NCBI GenBank assembly: GCA_031416075.1
Contig: JANOSY010000070.1
Location: forward strand, 1 to 11,717
DNA length: 11,717 bases
DNA from: Candidatus Tenderia sp.
GTDB lineage: Bacteria; Pseudomonadota; Gammaproteobacteria; Tenderiales; Tenderiaceae
Reading direction: 5' to 3'
In this document: positions 9,637 to 11,717 of the stretch, one piece after another
How positions within the stretch are numbered: the first letter of the stretch is position 1
Layout: each line of letters starts with the position of its first letter
Program-made: the position numbers and the translations under genes
Notes under the pieces: model-generated
Seen by the model: only the letters and a program-made list of their open reading frames with translations
The model's database searches: none
Told to the model about the DNA's origin: nothing

Positions 9637-9689
9637 GGCTAACAAAGCTAAGCGGCGGCGCAGCCGTCCGCTTGAGCGCCGGGTTAGGC
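9637..9689 (-). other. Integron attC site of the RDD cassette
   Basis: Minus strand: R'' GCCTAAC - CCGGC - L'' GCTCAAGC - GGACGGC TGC GCCGCC - L' GCTTAGC - TTT - R' GTTAGCC. It starts 9 nt after the stop codon and has the two expected extrahelical bases (extra C in L'', extra A in the inner stem). The L'-R' spacer is only 3 nt. Confidence 0.88.
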
Positions 9690-10448
9690 TTGGCACTACT
9701 ACTTTGTCCTCGAAATGTTGATTGAACAATAGATGATTACACCACACCAGAACGCCGCCCCGAGGTAGTATTGGTTTGCCAAGGTGCCACTCATGACTTG
9801 AGGAAGGAATAGGAACAGCAGCATGAATGCCCCGACTCCTATGCCGACGTAGTTCCATACGCTCGGCTTCTTGGCAAAAGGCTCTGCTCTCTGAAGCGTA
9901 GCGGAATACTCCGCAGTCGACGGCAACGAAACTGTTGATTGTGGAGTGCTTACCTTCGCCAGATCGCGCATGCGGATAACGTAGGTGTTTGCAACCATAT
10001 CCCCGATCCGCTGCTTCCGTTGTGAAAAAAAGGCCACAATACCTGCCGGAATGCCTCCTGCTACCAGTGGATTTACTTCAACAAGTCTGAATAGTGTTCG
10101 AACGAATATTTGGCCAAGGCTAGGTCGATTACCTTTCTCATTGACCACAATTGTCCCGGTGAGCAGTTTGCCGAGTGTTCTACCCCACAGCCATTCCGTG
10201 ACGACAAAATATGACAACGCCAAAACTAACCAGATGAACAGCGTCTTACGGTAAAGCTCATTGCCGAGAAGCCAATCTGGAATTAGCAGACATGAAACCG
10301 AGACAACCATGTCGACCCAACACCCAAGCCACCGATTCACAATGATGGATTTTCCGTAGTGCTCTGCGATACCGCGCACAGAACTCCGCTCCGGTTCAAT
10401 AACGCTTGTTTCTTCTGGCACAGTTCCTCCTTGGGATTAATAGGCTAA
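9643..10448 (-). mobile_element. Integron gene cassette carrying an RDD-family gene
   Basis: Bounded by G/TTAGCC crossover sites at 10449/10448 and 9643/9642. It holds a single ORF with only an RBS upstream and an attC directly downstream. No intI is present in the window. Confidence 0.85.
9699..10421 (-). CDS. RDD-family membrane protein with C-terminal two-helix extension
   Basis: 240 aa. GTG start with AAGGAGG RBS (10426-10432). RDD motifs: R(WLGCWV)D, YF..E..WGRTLGK.LTG..VV, R.LFR, QRIGDMVANTYV. A S/T/P-rich linker and two hydrophobic segments follow. Confidence 0.88.
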   Translation of the reverse strand: MPEETSVIEPERSSVRGIAEHYGKSIIVNRWLGCWVDMVVSVSCLLIPDWLLGNELYRKTLFIWLVLALSYFVVTEWLWGRTLGKLLTGTIVVNEKGNRPSLGQIFVRTLFRLVEVNPLVAGGIPAGIVAFFSQRKQRIGDMVANTYVIRMRDLAKVSTPQSTVSLPSTAEYSATLQRAEPFAKKPSVWNYVGIGVGAFMLLFLFLPQVMSGTLANQYYLGAAFWCGVIIYCSINISRTK

Positions 10449-10460
10449 CGTAAAGTTGAG
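10443..10460 (-). other. Distal part of an attC site split by IS110 (part of L', spacer, R')
   Basis: Minus strand CT-CAAC-TTTAC-GTTAGCC. Joining to 11717-11712 (GCCCCT) through the shared CT gives GC-CCTCAAC-TTTAC-GTTAGCC preceded by a further C-run, i.e. an L' box, 5-nt spacer and R' core just upstream of the next cassette gene. Confidence 0.8.
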
Positions 10461-10473
10461 ATACCGTCTTGCC

Positions 10474-10479
10474 TGTCAA
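10474..10479 (-). promoter_or_regulatory. -35 box (TTGACA) of the IS110 circle-junction promoter
   Basis: Perfect TTGACA overlapping the transposase TGA stop. On circularisation it sits exactly 17 bp from TATCTT in the left end. Confidence 0.8.
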
Positions 10480-11456
10480 GCATGATTTTCTGACAAAGAG
10501 GGATCGAAAGGTCTGCCGGATTTCAGTACACCGTAAACTATATGTATCAATTTACGCATCACCGCACCAATAATCACCATATTTGGTTTGCCTGCTTTCT
10601 TCAAACGATCAGCAAATTCCTTGATCACTGGATTATAGCGCCGTGCCACAATGGCGGGCATATACAGCGCTCTTCTTAATAGCGAGTTTCCTTTCTTGGA
10701 TAAGTGTGGCTTACCCCGCACCGAACTTCCAGATTGATGCACCGTGGGATTAAGTCCAACAAACGCGGCCAGTGCCTTGGCATGCTCGAATCGTTGTACA
10801 TCCCCAATAAACGCCAAGAGTCGGGCAATGGTCGCTTTTCCAATGCCTGGAATACTCTCCAGTAGACCCGATTGGTCTTTCAAATCGGAATGACGGTCAA
10901 TATGACCATGGATTAACGCTTCTACGCTTTTGATTTCTGCCTTGATGGTGGCTAATACTGTCGCAATAGAGGGACGAATCACAGCGGTAGCTGTATCCAT
11001 GCGATTTTGTTCCTGCCCTTCTATCTGAACGAGCGAGGACAAGCGTTGAACCAGCGCCTGTAGTTCACGCACATGCAGTGGCGGCGGTGTCCAGTGGCCT
11101 GGACACACCTTCTGATAAAACTCTGCAATCAGCTTAGCATCGGCTTTGTCGGTCTTGGCGCGCTTCAACTGCGCACCGCTAAAACTCTTAATCTGTGCGG
11201 GATTGACCACGCTCACAATAAAACCCTGATCATAAAGATAGGTCGCCAGCGCATCACCATAACAACCCGTCGCCTCCATGCAAGCAGCCACGGTGGTGAA
11301 GCCTTGTTTCAACAACCAGTTCGACAGTGCTTTAAATCCATCAGGCGTATTTTCGAACACATGAGTCTTCTTAATTTTACCTGCAACCATCAATGCTACA
11401 TCAAACTTCGCCTTGGAAATATCAATTCCCAGAATGCCGTTGTGTAAGTCCGTCAT
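10476..11456 (-). CDS. IS110-family DEDD transposase / bridge recombinase (326 aa)
   Basis: RuvC-like DEDD residues in GID, MEATG and KTDKAD; also VVNP, IPGIG, GLNP and the QSGSS catalytic-serine motif. ATG 11456 has an AAGGA RBS (11464-11468) and is preferred over the ORF-track start at 11513. Confidence 0.95.
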   Translation of the reverse strand: MTDLHNGILGIDISKAKFDVALMVAGKIKKTHVFENTPDGFKALSNWLLKQGFTTVAACMEATGCYGDALATYLYDQGFIVSVVNPAQIKSFSGAQLKRAKTDKADAKLIAEFYQKVCPGHWTPPPLHVRELQALVQRLSSLVQIEGQEQNRMDTATAVIRPSIATVLATIKAEIKSVEALIHGHIDRHSDLKDQSGLLESIPGIGKATIARLLAFIGDVQRFEHAKALAAFVGLNPTVHQSGSSVRGKPHLSKKGNSLLRRALYMPAIVARRYNPVIKEFADRLKKAGKPNMVIIGAVMRKLIHIVYGVLKSGRPFDPSLSENHA

Positions 11457-11516
11457 ATTATTATCCTTGCACACAAACCAAAAAAAGCACTCCATGCGGA
11501 AGTAACACCCCAATTC

Positions 11517-11700
11517 AGATCAACCTTGTGAATGCAGGATCATGATAAAAATCAGTCCTAAGATACCGTCCGATCTTAATGAATATAGGTGGGGGAAGGG
11601 CACCAATCTCAACTACAGGCTCAATGGCCTTGGGGCACGCCCGGCATCCCTTCTCCCTGCTCTTTCGCGTAAGAGCAATTTAGCTCATTTCTGAGCTGAA
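11517..11700 (-). ncRNA. IS110 bridge RNA (5' hairpins, target-binding loop, donor-binding loop)
   Basis: Hairpins at 11682-11697 and 11658-11677. Target loop 11591-11657 carries guides CGTGCCCC (11639-11632) and AGTTGAG (11614-11608) around inner stem AGGC/GCCT. Donor loop 11517-11576 carries GACGGTATCT (11570-11561) and ACAAG (11529-11525). All four guides match flank or element-end sequence in this window. Transcript ends are approximate. Confidence 0.88.
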
Positions 11701-11703
11701 GGT

Positions 11704-11709
11704 AAGATA
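11704..11709 (-). promoter_or_regulatory. -10 box (TATCTT) of the IS110 circle-junction promoter
   Basis: TAnnnT hexamer 2 nt inside the left end and directly upstream of the bridge RNA. Confidence 0.7.
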
Positions 11710-11711
11710 CA

Positions 11712-11717
11712 AGGGGC
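11712..11717 (-). other. Proximal stub of the attC site split by IS110
   Basis: Minus strand GCCCCT matches the left target guide (GCCCC) and supplies the CT core. The rest of the site is outside the window. Confidence 0.65.

Larger units (their letters stand above)
10459..11711 (-). mobile_element. IS110-family insertion sequence (IS621-like), complete, 1253 bp including one CT core
   Basis: CT core on both sides (minus strand 11713-11712 and 10460-10459). Left end TGTATCTTACC, right end GGCAAGACGGTAT. Short subterminal inverted repeats TCTTGCC (10467-10473) and GGTAAGA (11701-11707). The long non-coding end is 5' of the transposase. Confidence 0.93.

Noticed and set aside
9634-9858. 74-aa minus-strand ORF
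   Set aside because: Overlaps the RDD gene out of frame and reads through the attC palindrome.
10440-10479. Outward hybrid promoter from the IS110 -35 box driving the RDD cassette
   Set aside because: No -10-like hexamer at 16-18 bp in the integrated state. TACGTT lies at 21 bp.
9985-11447. Plus-strand ORFs 9985-10254 and 11073-11447
   Set aside because: Antisense to well-supported genes, with no independent coding signal.
11457-11513. N-terminal extension of the IS110 transposase (MGCYFRMECFFWF...) in the ORF track
   Set aside because: ATG 11456 has an RBS and puts the catalytic GID at residue 12, as expected. The extension lies in the non-coding end.

Overview
Most of the window is one 2880-codon gene (359-9001, +) for a cyclic beta-1,2-glucan synthase (Cgs/NdvB/ChvB type: GT84 + cyclase + GH94 phosphorylase). 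It is preceded by the 3' end of an IS630-family element and followed by a pile-up of mobile DNA: a decayed IS30 fragment carrying a 28-bp palindromic insert, a transposase-less IS200/IS605-type hairpin element, and a minus-strand integron cassette (RDD-family gene with its attC). The highlight is a complete IS621-like IS110 element (10459-11711) inserted into the L' box of the upstream attC. Its 5' non-coding end encodes a bridge RNA whose four guide segments can be read by eye. They match the flanking attC target (..GCCC-CT-CAACT) and the element's own circle junction (ACGGTAT-CT-TGT), and circularisation assembles a TTGACA-17bp-TATCTT promoter. This looks like an RNA-guided recombinase naturally programmed against integron attC sites. 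All family assignments come from motif recognition and recall; no database searches were run.
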